Part shown: in pieces, positions 20,765 through 30,222 of the stretch
Numbering within the stretch: the stretch's first letter is position 1
Layout: every line of letters starts with the position of its first letter
Virus record (IMG/VR): IMGVR_UViG_3300032291_001597
Location: 32,001-96,000 of that record
From: a virus
Length of the DNA: 64,000 nt
Direction: 5' to 3' (one strand)
Position numbers and translations under genes: made by a program
Notes under the pieces: generated by a model
The model's input: only the letters and a program-made list of their open reading frames with translations
Databases searched by the model: none
Told to the model about the DNA's origin: nothing

Positions 20765-20977
20765 ATGAGACACATCGAGGTACATTTAGTCGAGAGTAAT
20801 GACGACAGAGAGTCGCTGAACATTGCTGGCTTTGAGTTGTTTGAGGTTGAAACCTGCGAACAATGCTTTGAGGAAGTTGGTTTAGTTGAAGACGCTGAGT
20901 TCGTCGCGTTTGTCGCGTGTCTCGACGAAGATGACGAGTGGATTGTCTGCGCTGAGTGCGCTGAGCCAATTCTTTAA
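20765..20977 (+). CDS. small acidic zinc-finger-like protein
   Basis: CEQC..CAEC; leaderless TATGAT-N7-ATG. Confidence 0.6.
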   Translation: MRHIEVHLVESNDDRESLNIAGFELFEVETCEQCFEEVGLVEDAEFVAFVACLDEDDEWIVCAECAEPIL

Positions 20978-20994
20978 GGGGTAGGGGTTTTTCC

Positions 20995-21534
20995 GTGCTA
21001 AAGCCGAAAATCGCTGTTTATTTAAATTTAGAAATTGAACTTTCAGAAGTTCTAAAACTCGCTGAAGACACAGAGTGGGTAGAAGCCACACTTGGTGGCA
21101 GATTTGTTGGGGTGGACGAGACTCTCATCAAATTAGAACCCAGCATTAGAGACGCTTCGCTAAAGAAATTAAAAGTTTTACAGGAAGCGATATTTCCTGA
21201 ACTAAAAAATTATGTCGAAGATTTTACGCACGACAGCGTAGTGATGGATACCTTTGCTTTGGTCAAATACACAGAGGGTCAGTTTTTTTCCGAGCACTCT
21301 GATGGGGTAGAGAATTTTGGTCGCGCCCTCTCAATTGTTATTTATTTGAATGACGACTACGAAGGCGGGGAGTTGTATTTTCGTAATCAAAACCTGACCC
21401 TGAAGCCAGTAGCCAAATCAATGGTTATGTTCCCTTCGACTGAAGAATTTCTCCACGAGGCTAAGCCAGTGATTTCTGGAACTAAATACGCAATCGTCAG
21501 TTTCTGGCATCAGCAACCTAGCGTGGAAAACTAG
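20995..21534 (+). CDS. 2OG-Fe(II) oxygenase, prolyl-4-hydroxylase-like
   Basis: HSD, YLNDDYEGGE, HEA, KY. Confidence 0.85.
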   Translation: MLKPKIAVYLNLEIELSEVLKLAEDTEWVEATLGGRFVGVDETLIKLEPSIRDASLKKLKVLQEAIFPELKNYVEDFTHDSVVMDTFALVKYTEGQFFSEHSDGVENFGRALSIVIYLNDDYEGGELYFRNQNLTLKPVAKSMVMFPSTEEFLHEAKPVISGTKYAIVSFWHQQPSVEN

Positions 21535-21596
21535 CGACCCCTTTTTCTTTGCCAACCCACTTTCAAAATGTCAGTGGCTGCTCATACACTCTGAGT

Positions 21597-21923
21597 ATGG
21601 ATGAATTTACAAATTACACAGAAGACGACTGGATGAGTTGGTGGACAGAGGTTTTCTATGGCATCGAGAACGATGACATACTTCACATCTGCGACCCACA
21701 CGAAACCAAGCAGTGCGTCGATTGCGCGAAGGTCGACAATTGCTGGAACGAGAATGGTCTCTACATTCTCTGTACAGATTGCCTCGCAGTCGAGAGCACG
21801 TTGGAGATGAACCAAGTTCCCGAACTCGACGAGGACAGCCCCTACGCGCACCTGAGCGAAGAAGAGAAAAAAGAAAAGTTCTTGGAGATGTATCGCGAGA
21901 ATCCAGATATGTTCGACTTCTAA
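21597..21923 (+). CDS. acidic Cys-rich hypothetical protein
   Basis: TACACT-N6-ATG; CVDC..CTDC. Confidence 0.6.
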   Translation: MDEFTNYTEDDWMSWWTEVFYGIENDDILHICDPHETKQCVDCAKVDNCWNENGLYILCTDCLAVESTLEMNQVPELDEDSPYAHLSEEEKKEKFLEMYRENPDMFDF

Positions 21924-21941
21924 AAGTTTTTATAAATAAAC

Positions 21942-21970
21942 TTGACAAAAAGATTTTTATCACTCATACT
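21942..21970 (+). promoter_or_regulatory. sigmaA-like promoter, first of ~17 similar early promoters up to 38.2 kb
   Basis: TTGACA-17-CATACT; similar TTGAC(A/T) promoters at about 22433, 22906, 24568, 26553, 27222, 27716, 28593, 29515, 30143, 30708, 34066, 34905, 35285, 36574, 36895, 38200. Confidence 0.75.
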
Positions 21971-21997
21971 GTTACCAACAACTCTTGAAGGAGAGAA

Positions 21998-22297
21998 ATG
22001 ACAACCAAGATGAAAGACATCACCATCACCACAGCCACGATTGACTTTGGCGATTGGAACCTAACTGCCACTGGTCAACTAGGTGAGTTCTGGGACTGGC
22101 GCATTGAGCAGACCACTCCAGCGATTCACTACACGAACGACTGGAAGACTCGCGAATACTTCAGCGACCAAGAAGAACTTGAAGAGTGGATGTGGGCTGA
22201 GGTTCAGCGAATCAACCAAAAGTATTCAGTCTGCGTGTTCGAGGAAACTATCGAGCAGGTCGAAGACGAGGACTACTTCGAGGAAGAGGACAACTAA
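21998..22297 (+). CDS. hypothetical acidic protein
   Basis: Promoter and gaaggag RBS. Confidence 0.75.
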   Translation: MTTKMKDITITTATIDFGDWNLTATGQLGEFWDWRIEQTTPAIHYTNDWKTREYFSDQEELEEWMWAEVQRINQKYSVCVFEETIEQVEDEDYFEEEDN

Positions 22298-22493
22298 TGT
22301 CAGAGCGCGAGTGTTCAGAACTACTCTGCGAGCGCCTAGCAGATGTCTACGCAGGTGGACCATATGCTAACGACTGGGCAGACTACTATTGCCACGACCA
22401 CATCCCAGCAGGTTTTCGGGTCTGGGATAGACTTGACAAACAGAAATAAATCTGCTTTACTAGCAGAGTCATAAAAAACAAGAAGGAGACAAA

Positions 22494-22886
22494 ATGACAG
22501 AACGAGTAACTTGGGTGGACTACCAGTGGAAAGACGAAGCAATGTCTGGAGACAAGATGGCAATGGTGGTAATTCTCAACGACAAAGACCTTTACGAGAA
22601 GTTGTCTACAGACGACGAGTTCGACCAGCGTGTCTGGTTTTACTTTCAAGACGAGGCAGAGTTCAAGCGTGCGTTCAATAAGGACAACGACGAACACGAG
22701 TTCTACTTGGTCGCACAGTATGACGAAGAGGACAACCCAATCTGTCCATCGTGCGATGGATTCATCCCAAGCAACGAGAACCCAGGCGCATACCCAGGGG
22801 CTATCTCTCGCAAGGACAACAGCACAGAGATTTGCTCTGCCTGTGGGATGGCTGAGGCGCTCGCGGACTTTTATTCAAACACGTAA
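22494..22886 (+). CDS. hypothetical protein with C-terminal zinc ribbon
   Basis: CPSC..YPGAISRKDN..ICSACG. Confidence 0.75.
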   Translation: MTERVTWVDYQWKDEAMSGDKMAMVVILNDKDLYEKLSTDDEFDQRVWFYFQDEAEFKRAFNKDNDEHEFYLVAQYDEEDNPICPSCDGFIPSNENPGAYPGAISRKDNSTEICSACGMAEALADFYSNT

Positions 22887-22974
22887 AAAAAGTTTCGCGA
22901 CACGCTTGACAAATAAAAATAAATCTGTTTTACTATTCAAGTAAACAAAACCACTCGTTAGGAAGGAAAAACAA

Positions 22975-23469
22975 ATGAGTGTAAAAAACAAAAAGGACAG
23001 CGCAGGTAAGGCGCTGTATGTGGAGTTCCGCAAGGCAGGCTACACATATCAGTTCATCCTCACCCCTGAGGCTATCTTCAATGGTCAGTTCTATCCTGTC
23101 CACTTTATGCGTAGAAATATGAACGCTTTCCAGTCTCGCAAGAACTGGGCTATCGATGCGACTCGTCACCTCCCAAGCCCACCTCTCGACGAGGCAGGGG
23201 GCTTTGCTCAGGCATCAGATGTCGAGGCAAAGCAAATGGCAGAACTCAAGTTACAGTTTGTGAAAAGCACGCTGAGCGACTTGTTCTACAAAGAGTGGGT
23301 CGTCTTCAAAAACCCAATCGCTGTCGAAGTCACTTACGAGGACCTAGACCTGATTGCTCAGAAGAAAACCCCTCAAGCGCTGATTCGCCGAATCCAGCGT
23401 TCACGAATCGAGTTCGGTTTTGGAGAAGACCTAGTGCCTTCCACTGAGCCAGCGATTCCAGTAGCGTAA
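22975..23469 (+). CDS. hypothetical protein
   Basis: Promoter and ggaagga RBS; co-transcribed with the AAA+ gene. Confidence 0.75.
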   Translation: MSVKNKKDSAGKALYVEFRKAGYTYQFILTPEAIFNGQFYPVHFMRRNMNAFQSRKNWAIDATRHLPSPPLDEAGGFAQASDVEAKQMAELKLQFVKSTLSDLFYKEWVVFKNPIAVEVTYEDLDLIAQKKTPQALIRRIQRSRIEFGFGEDLVPSTEPAIPVA

Positions 23470-23494
23470 TTCTCAGATAGGAAGGAAATACAAA

Positions 23495-24499
23495 ATGACT
23501 GAGACTACAACAACCTTTATCGAGAAGGCAGAACGCCTTCACGCAGATTTGCCAGCAGTTCTTTATGGACTTGCTGGACAAGCGATAAACTCAGAGTTGG
23601 GAAAAACTCTCGACTCTTACTACGACGACAAAGTAGGTCGCGCTGTTATTCGCAATCGTGGATTAGTGAAAGGCAAAATCATTAGCGCAGATGCTCTTGT
23701 AGGAGAAGACTCTTACGCAAGACCTAATGGCGACAAATACTTTGCTCGCAACTGGGGTTCTAGCGCACACAAGGATGTCGAAGTTCTTCGCAAGAGTCGC
23801 GATGTCAATCAGTTCGTGTTGCTTTATGGCGCACCTGGTTGTGGAAAAACCGCGCTCGCGGAAGCCGCGTTTGGTTCAGACCTTTACACAGTTCTAGGTT
23901 CTGGCGACACAGAAGTTTCTGACTTGGTAGGTGGCTATGTCCAAACTCCAAGTGGTTCGTTCGAGTGGATTGATGGTCCTCTCCTTCGCGCAGCAGAAGA
24001 AGGCAAAGTTCTTCTGATTGACGAAGTGGGTCTTATCGACTCGAAGGTCCTGACTGTTGTCTATGGACTTATGGATGGTCGTCGCGAGTACACAGTTACT
24101 GCTAACCCAGAGCGTGGCACAGTCAAGGCGCAAGAAGGATTCTTCGTAATCGCCGCGACTAACCCAAACGCACCGGGCGTAGTTCTGTCAGAGGCTTTGC
24201 TATCGCGATTCACAGTTCAGGCAGAAATGACTACTGACTGGTCGCTCGCGAAGAAGTTGGGCGTTCCAATGCAAATGGTTACTGCGGCGCAGAACCTTGC
24301 TAAGAAGTTCACCAGCGACGAAGTTTCGTGGGTCCCTCAGATGCGCGAGTTGCTCGCGTTCCGAGACCTGTCGAAAGTGTTTGGCACCTCGTGGGCTATC
24401 GAGAATCTGATAGCCGCCTGCCCTGAGTTAGACAGACCAACTGTGGTCGATGTGCTGACTCGTGTGTATGGCGAAGAGTGCCGCTCAGCCAGAATCTAG
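23495..24499 (+). CDS. MoxR/CbbQ/CobS-like AAA+ ATPase
   Basis: Walker A GAPGCGKT, Walker B LLIDE, ATNP, ALLSRF. Confidence 0.92.
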   Translation: MTETTTTFIEKAERLHADLPAVLYGLAGQAINSELGKTLDSYYDDKVGRAVIRNRGLVKGKIISADALVGEDSYARPNGDKYFARNWGSSAHKDVEVLRKSRDVNQFVLLYGAPGCGKTALAEAAFGSDLYTVLGSGDTEVSDLVGGYVQTPSGSFEWIDGPLLRAAEEGKVLLIDEVGLIDSKVLTVVYGLMDGRREYTVTANPERGTVKAQEGFFVIAATNPNAPGVVLSEALLSRFTVQAEMTTDWSLAKKLGVPMQMVTAAQNLAKKFTSDEVSWVPQMRELLAFRDLSKVFGTSWAIENLIAACPELDRPTVVDVLTRVYGEECRSARI

Positions 24500-24561
24500 G
24501 CTCCTTCCCCTAGATTCTCCAGCGAGGGGGTGGGTTAGTTCCCCCACTAACTCACCCTCTC
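24491..24561 (+). other. two strong hairpins with C-rich loops between the AAA+ and VWA genes
   Basis: agaatctagg-ctccttcc-cctagattct, then a 16-bp stem with loop tccccc. Confidence 0.75.
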
Positions 24562-24633
24562 TTCAACTTGACAATCAATAAAAAAACCTTTACCATTACA
24601 GAGTAGCAATTAGATGAAAGGACACAAAGACTA

Positions 24634-26496
24634 ATGGCTCATTACTCACCTAGTATCGAAACTAGAAAATCCACTCCAACTGAGTGGCTACGAATTGGCG
24701 CACAGATTGGTCAAATCGTAAACAACTGGTCTTACAGAGACGACCTCGTGGTCTATCTAGGAGAAGAGATGTCTGCGCCTTACGCAGCGCTCTTCAATCC
24801 TGCGAGCGCCGAGGTCGAGGTCAACGTGGTTCGAGCATTTGGCTCGTTCGCAAATCCTGCTTTGATTGGCGACCTCACCAAGCGCAAGAACCAACTCGAG
24901 CACGCATCAGGTTGTGGCTCTGTCTATCACGAGGCTTGCCACGCGCGATTCACTCGTTGGTCTCTCGCAGACGCTGCTCGTGTTTTGACTAAGCGCGAGC
25001 ACGATGCTCTGATGCTTTTGGAAGAAGGTCGCATCGAATCTTTTGGAGTCGCCTCAATCCCGGGCAACAAAATTCTTCTTCGCTCTTCTGGTATGGAAAT
25101 CGCGATTGGCGACTTCGACAAAGTTAAGGAGAACCTCACCAGCATCGATAGCGTCGTTCAGTTGTGTGGGCTAATGCTTGCTCGCGTTGATGCTGGCGTT
25201 TTCACAGAAGAAGATGTCGAGCCTTTGGCAGAAGTCGTTGACTTAGCGATTGGCGCAGACAACGTTGCCAAGTTGCGTTCTATCTGGATTGCGTTCCAAG
25301 CGCACGACCAGCACACCAACGCTCTGCCTCTTTACGACCTTGCTCGCGAGTGGGTCAAGATTGTAGACGAGATTAAATCAGAGAAGGGCGAAGAGTCTAA
25401 CGATGGTGGATGCTCTTACCCCGGAGCATCAGGTGAGCCGGGCGCATCAGGTGAGCCGGGCGAGCCAAGCGAATCAGGTGAGCCAAGCGAGAACCCAATT
25501 TGGAAAGCAGTCAACAAGGCTCTTGAAGATGCTATCGAAGAAATAAAAGACAACATCCAGATTGACAACCAAACTATTATTGATAACGCAATCGAAGACG
25601 AAGAGATGCGCGAAGAAGTTCAGGCTCGCAACTCTGAGGCAGAACGTCGTCAAGAAGAGAAGAAGGTTTCTGATGAAGTCTTTGGTCGTGGCACTGGTCC
25701 TAGCGCAGACACTAAGACTCGCTCGAGACTAATCGAGAGTCGCAAGCCAACTAGTTCAGAGCGAGCCTCTGCTGTTCGAGTTGCTCGACTACTCGACAAA
25801 GCGAAATACCGCGAGCGCGAGCAAACTCGTATCAAGAGCGTAGTTCCACCGGGTCGCCTTCGCACGCGAGCAATCGTTCAGGGTCAGGCTCTCAAGTCGA
25901 AGGGTATCAACCAAGAGACAGAGGCGTGGCGTAGAACCCAGCGCAAGCACACAGAAGACCCAACTCTTCACGTGGGCGTGCTGGTAGACATCTCAGGCTC
26001 GATGCGTAGCGCGATGAACCCAATGGCGACAACTGCTTGGGTTCTGTCAGAGGCTGGTCGTAGGATTCAGGCTCAGACTTCGATGGTCTACTTCGGCAAT
26101 GGCGTGTTCCCGACTCTCAAGCCGGGACAGCACCTAGACGAAGTGAAGGTCTACTCGGCTACTGACAACACCGAGCGATTCGAGAAGGCGTTCAAGGCGT
26201 TGAACGGTCAGATGAATCTGACTCGCAGTTCGGGCGCTCGTCTGCTCGTGATTGTGTCTGACGGATACTACGACTACGACCAGCGCGAGGCTGCTAGCAA
26301 AGCGGTAGCGGAGTGCGACAAGGCAGGCGTGGCAGTTATCTGGCTCACCTACGACGAAGGCTCGACGGCTAAGGCGATTCTCCAAAACACCAAGAACGCC
26401 CGACTGATTCTCGCGAACGGCAAGACATCGGAAGAGGTCGCCCAACTAATCGGTAGCGAGTCTGCCGATGCGCTGACCAAGGTCGGCAGGAGATAA
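24634..26496 (+). CDS. VWA (MIDAS) protein with N-terminal HEXXH domain, CobT-like
   Basis: YHEACHA..LEEGRIE; LVDISGSM; IVSDG. Confidence 0.88.
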   Translation: MAHYSPSIETRKSTPTEWLRIGAQIGQIVNNWSYRDDLVVYLGEEMSAPYAALFNPASAEVEVNVVRAFGSFANPALIGDLTKRKNQLEHASGCGSVYHEACHARFTRWSLADAARVLTKREHDALMLLEEGRIESFGVASIPGNKILLRSSGMEIAIGDFDKVKENLTSIDSVVQLCGLMLARVDAGVFTEEDVEPLAEVVDLAIGADNVAKLRSIWIAFQAHDQHTNALPLYDLAREWVKIVDEIKSEKGEESNDGGCSYPGASGEPGASGEPGEPSESGEPSENPIWKAVNKALEDAIEEIKDNIQIDNQTIIDNAIEDEEMREEVQARNSEAERRQEEKKVSDEVFGRGTGPSADTKTRSRLIESRKPTSSERASAVRVARLLDKAKYREREQTRIKSVVPPGRLRTRAIVQGQALKSKGINQETEAWRRTQRKHTEDPTLHVGVLVDISGSMRSAMNPMATTAWVLSEAGRRIQAQTSMVYFGNGVFPTLKPGQHLDEVKVYSATDNTERFEKAFKALNGQMNLTRSSGARLLVIVSDGYYDYDQREAASKAVAECDKAGVAVIWLTYDEGSTAKAILQNTKNARLILANGKTSEEVAQLIGSESADALTKVGRR

Positions 26497-26622
26497 CGGC
26501 TTGGGGGTAGGGATTGTGTCCCCCTACCCCCGACACGCCGATACAATAAAACTTGACACGGCAAGCGAATAGCGCAATAATTAGATACACGAGCCAACGG
26601 CTCGCCTAACGGAAGGACAGAA

Positions 26623-27048
26623 ATGGGACAGTATCATCGGCTCGTCAATCTAGACAAGCAGGAGTGGGTAGACCCACACGGCTTGGGATTGGGTAGCAAA
26701 CAATTAGAGCACACGGGTGCGTTCAACGGGTCGCTCTCTGACGCAATGTATTTACTCGTAATGAGTAGCCCGAGACGCGGTGGCGGAGACTGGGCAGAGA
26801 CCGAGGTCTCTGGGCGCTGGGTTGGAGATAGGGTCGTTCTACTGGGCGACTACACAGAAGACGCAGACATTCCCGGTATCGAGAACGCAGGGAAACTCTA
26901 CGCTCAGGTCGAGCAAGAGTTTCTGGACATCACGCCTCAGGTGCGAGACGCTTTCAAACTCGTGTTCAAATTGGACTACGAGATGAAGGTCAGCGATTGG
27001 GACTCTGAGTATTCGTATTGGATAGTCAAGGACCCTGAGCGAGTCTAA
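26623..27048 (+). CDS. hypothetical phage protein
   Basis: ggaagga RBS; MGQYH.LVNLDK. Confidence 0.75.
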   Translation: MGQYHRLVNLDKQEWVDPHGLGLGSKQLEHTGAFNGSLSDAMYLLVMSSPRRGGGDWAETEVSGRWVGDRVVLLGDYTEDADIPGIENAGKLYAQVEQEFLDITPQVRDAFKLVFKLDYEMKVSDWDSEYSYWIVKDPERV

Positions 27049-27055
27049 AAACTGA

Positions 27056-27095
27056 CGAAAGCCACGAGCCTCGAAAGGGGTTCGTGGTTTTTTCG
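27056..27095 (+). terminator. intrinsic terminator
   Basis: gccacgagcctc-gaaa-ggggttcgtggt followed by T run. Confidence 0.8.
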
Positions 27096-27291
27096 TATCT
27101 TGAAAAAGGGGTAGCCCTTTTTCCAAGCGAGGTTTTGACTCGCTCGCTCACTCGCTGTGAAATAAAAATCTGAGTCGTGCTTCTCCTGAACGACACGCCA
27201 AAAAAAAGTTCTATAAATAACTTGACTTAATGTCAGGGCTATGTTTTACTATACCTACATCAAAGTTCTTTGGAAGGAGAACAAACAAAAA

Positions 27292-27696
27292 ATGGCAAAT
27301 TACTACGAGTCAGCAAGAAGCAATTATTTCTTTGTCAAGGACATTGAAGCGTTCGAGGAAGAACTAAATGGTTCTGGTCTCGAAATCAGCACCAAGAAGA
27401 TTGACGACCTAACTCAGGTGTGTCTTCTCGCAAGCGAGGAAAATGGTTTCCCCTTCGAGAAATACGACCTAGACACTTTCGACTCAGAAGAGTTGGATTG
27501 GTCAGACATCTTCAAGCGACACCTAGTTGATAACCAAGTGGCAATCATTATGGGGTCTGGTGCTGAGAAACTCCGCTACATCACAGGCTGGGCTATGGCG
27601 TTCAACAACAAGGGCGAGAGCAAGTCAATCAACCTCGACGCAATCTACGACCTAGCCAAAGAACTTGGCTCAGAAATCACCACAGCAACATACTAA
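27292..27696 (+). CDS. hypothetical phage protein
   Basis: ggaaggag RBS, MANYYESARSNYF. Confidence 0.75.
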   Translation: MANYYESARSNYFFVKDIEAFEEELNGSGLEISTKKIDDLTQVCLLASEENGFPFEKYDLDTFDSEELDWSDIFKRHLVDNQVAIIMGSGAEKLRYITGWAMAFNNKGESKSINLDAIYDLAKELGSEITTATY

Positions 27697-27774
27697 AAAT
27701 AGTTGGGCGTGGTGCTTGACAAATGTCAGGCACTACGCTTATACTGAAAACATAAGTTCTTGGAAGGAGAACAA

Positions 27775-27894
27775 ATGGACATCACAACCCAAGTCTGTAT
27801 TTGCGACATCTGCGAATCACCAGACAAGCACAACATCTACGCAGAAGGTTTCTGCCAAGAGTGCTACGAAGAGTGTCGAGAGGAAAACAACTAA
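27775..27894 (+). CDS. 39-aa Cys-rich protein (not in ORF track)
   Basis: ggaaggag RBS; CICDIC..CQECYEEC. Confidence 0.65.
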   Translation: MDITTQVCICDICESPDKHNIYAEGFCQECYEECREENN

Positions 27895-28040
27895 TGACAG
27901 AAATCAACAAGTGCGACTTGTGCCTAGAGGTCTCAACTGAGGCTCTAGTCAAGTTCGTGAAATTAGACATCTGCGCTGAGTGCGCCGAGAAAATTGACGA
28001 ACAGCACGAGCGTCTTATGCGCTATCTAGACCAACTCTAA
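27894..28040 (+). CDS. 48-aa Cys-rich protein
   Basis: TAATG overlap; CDLC..CAEC. Confidence 0.6.
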   Translation: MTEINKCDLCLEVSTEALVKFVKLDICAECAEKIDEQHERLMRYLDQL

Positions 28041-28057
28041 AAAAGGAAAATAAGCAA

Positions 28058-28327
28058 ATGGAAAAAATCACAGTAAATCTAAAAAGCGAGGCGTTCGCCT
28101 CAATAGACCAACTCATTTCGACTTGGGACAACACCTTCTTGTATCGCCTAACTTGGACAGACAATGTGGCAAACACTTGGGAAGAGTATTACCCAACTTT
28201 GCCAATCGCTCTCGTTCGACTTTCGGCGCTCGCAGAGTGCGTGGATTTCCCAGACAAGTCGTTCAGGGCAGAGCCAGCGAAGTTCATTACTTCTGCTCAG
28301 GAGTTCCTAGACGAGCAGGTGGCATAA
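28058..28327 (+). CDS. hypothetical protein
   Basis: aaagga RBS. Confidence 0.65.
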   Translation: MEKITVNLKSEAFASIDQLISTWDNTFLYRLTWTDNVANTWEEYYPTLPIALVRLSALAECVDFPDKSFRAEPAKFITSAQEFLDEQVA

Positions 28328-28386
28328 AGAACGCTACCTAGGCGTTGATGTAAAATGAAAACATACAAAAGAAAGTTGAGGCTCTT

Positions 28387-28605
28387 ATGACTCAGTATCA
28401 GGTAGTAGTGCCTGTCTCGTTTATGCTCGAAGCAAATAGCGAGGCAGAGGCAAAGCGAATTGCCACAGGGCTAATTCACGAACACATTAATGGAAACAAG
28501 TTAGAGGCAGAGTTTATTGAGGAAACTTTTGGCAAGCAAGAAAAGCCAAACTTCTCTGTTCAAGACTTGGAAGCCATTGAGTGTTCCGCACTTGACAACG
28601 AATAA
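28387..28605 (+). CDS. hypothetical protein
   Basis: ORF track; gagg RBS. Confidence 0.55.
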   Translation: MTQYQVVVPVSFMLEANSEAEAKRIATGLIHEHINGNKLEAEFIEETFGKQEKPNFSVQDLEAIECSALDNE

Positions 28606-28652
28606 ATAAATCATTACCATTGAGGTAATGTCAAAAAACAAAAAAGGACAAA

Positions 28653-29042
28653 ATGACAACTATGACAAAGGTTCTACAAGACTCAGCGTTCTACACGAAC
28701 GAAGCAGGCACAGAGGTTGTATGGGACAACGACCCTAACAAGCGCTTCTATGTCGTGCGTAATGGCGAAATGCGTATCCACGCAACCAAAGATGGAGAAC
28801 ACATTGAGGTTATTCGCTACACAGACCAACTCCGAGACTTTGGCATTACAGATGATTCCGCGCTCGCGGTCTGGTCTGCTAAAGATGAAGAAGTATTTTC
28901 TTGGGTAAACAACTCTTGGTTTGAGGTCTATGACACAAACGACAGCGAGTGGTATTCAGACCCAATCCACGCTTTCGACGAGGCAGTAGAGTTCGCTCTA
29001 GCCATCTCAGATAAGTTCGGCAAGGACAAGGTGGTGAAGTAA
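28653..29042 (+). CDS. hypothetical protein
   Basis: Promoter and aaagga RBS. Confidence 0.7.
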   Translation: MTTMTKVLQDSAFYTNEAGTEVVWDNDPNKRFYVVRNGEMRIHATKDGEHIEVIRYTDQLRDFGITDDSALAVWSAKDEEVFSWVNNSWFEVYDTNDSEWYSDPIHAFDEAVEFALAISDKFGKDKVVK

Positions 29043-29317
29043 TGAAGGTGCGTCAAGCAGTTGGCGAGGTAATCCGTGAGGCACGCCTCGAACGCAAGAT
29101 GACTCTTCGAGACCTGTCTTCAGTTTCTAGCGTCGCCCTCGGATACCTGAGCGAACTAGAGCGTGGACAGAAAGAGGCTTCATCAGAAATCCTCGACAGC
29201 GTGGCACTCGGCTTGGGTATTTCACTTTCCGAATTGGTGGTTCAGACGGGTTATAGAATAATGTTGAACGAACCCGTCAACGAGCCTGAGAGACTCTTAG
29301 AGTTCGCACGGGTCTAA
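29042..29317 (+). CDS. clgR: XRE-family HTH regulator resembling actinobacterial ClgR
   Basis: GEVIREARL..TLRDLS..VALGYLSELERGQKEASSEIL..LGISLSEL. Confidence 0.7.
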   Translation: MKVRQAVGEVIREARLERKMTLRDLSSVSSVALGYLSELERGQKEASSEILDSVALGLGISLSELVVQTGYRIMLNEPVNEPERLLEFARV

Positions 29318-29550
29318 ATAGTTAGGAACACAATGGGTGCTTTAGAGACGCTCTGGAAACTTGCTGACGATTTTGAAATCAAACCCGAACGGCTCGCCGA
29401 GAGTGCGGAACTGTCCGCTCTGATTTCGAAGAACACCGCCTACGCCGAGTTATCGGCTTGGGTAAAGAAGAACCTTGGTGGTTTCAAGACCGCCAAGAAA
29501 TCTTCTAAATAAACTTGACACGGCTAGGCTTATCGGCTAGCCTTGAAGAA

Positions 29551-29668
29551 CAACGGGCGTAGGTTCACCCCCCCTCGAACCTACGGCTCGTGCGTGATGA
29601 GTTTTATTGCTTTCTCATCACGGCTCGCCCCCTAACTGCTTCCCCCAGCGGTTAGGGGGTTTTCTTTT
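29551..29668 (+). ncRNA. candidate ~120-nt three-hairpin sRNA with its own promoter and terminator
   Basis: TTGACA at 29515; 9-bp, 9-bp and 14-bp stems; T run at end; no ORF. Confidence 0.55.
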
Positions 29669-29776
29669 GACGGCTCGCCCTTACACGCTATGCGTGTCGC
29701 CCGTAGCCCTTGACGGATAGCCCTGAGCGTGTATAATGGTAGGACAGCCAACGGAGACGCAACGGAAGGAGTTGTA

Positions 29777-30004
29777 ATGGCAAGGAAGAAGAAGCCAGCA
29801 CTCGACCAAGCGAACGAAGCAAGACGCAAGGCTGAGGCGAAAGCCTTGGCAGAGATACTGCGAGAGCGAGCGAGGTCGAACGCAAGTGGCGTTCACGAGG
29901 ACAAGCGAACAAAGCGTTTGCGAACTCGTGAGGCGAAGACGAGGGAAGCCCTGAGAGATTTTGACTCAGGGCTTTTTTCGTATCGAGCGAAGCGAGGGGT
30001 CTAG
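29777..30004 (+). CDS. small basic protein
   Basis: ggaaggag RBS; RSNASGVHEDKRTKRLRTR. Confidence 0.65.
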   Translation: MARKKKPALDQANEARRKAEAKALAEILRERARSNASGVHEDKRTKRLRTREAKTREALRDFDSGLFSYRAKRGV

Positions 30005-30222
30005 GTTTTCGCTTGGAAAAAGAGAGACCCCTTTACGCTTGACCGGGCTTCGAGTCTCGCCGCTGAGATTTTTATTTCGTAATCTCAAATCCTTTGACTC
30101 ATCAACTCAGCGACACGCCAAAAAACTTTTTTGAAAATGTGCTTGACAAATGTCGCAGGTGTCCCCTATCCTGACAGAGTGAAGTTAGATTGGCTTCACG
30201 AAAAAAGCAAAAGGAGTTTCAA

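Noticed and set aside
25421-25490. atcaggtgagcc repeats in the VWA gene
   Set aside because: They encode a GASGEP/SGEPS low-complexity linker typical of CobT-like proteins.
30035-30075. tRNA-like fragment (gggcttcgagtctc)
   Set aside because: No acceptor, D or anticodon arms.
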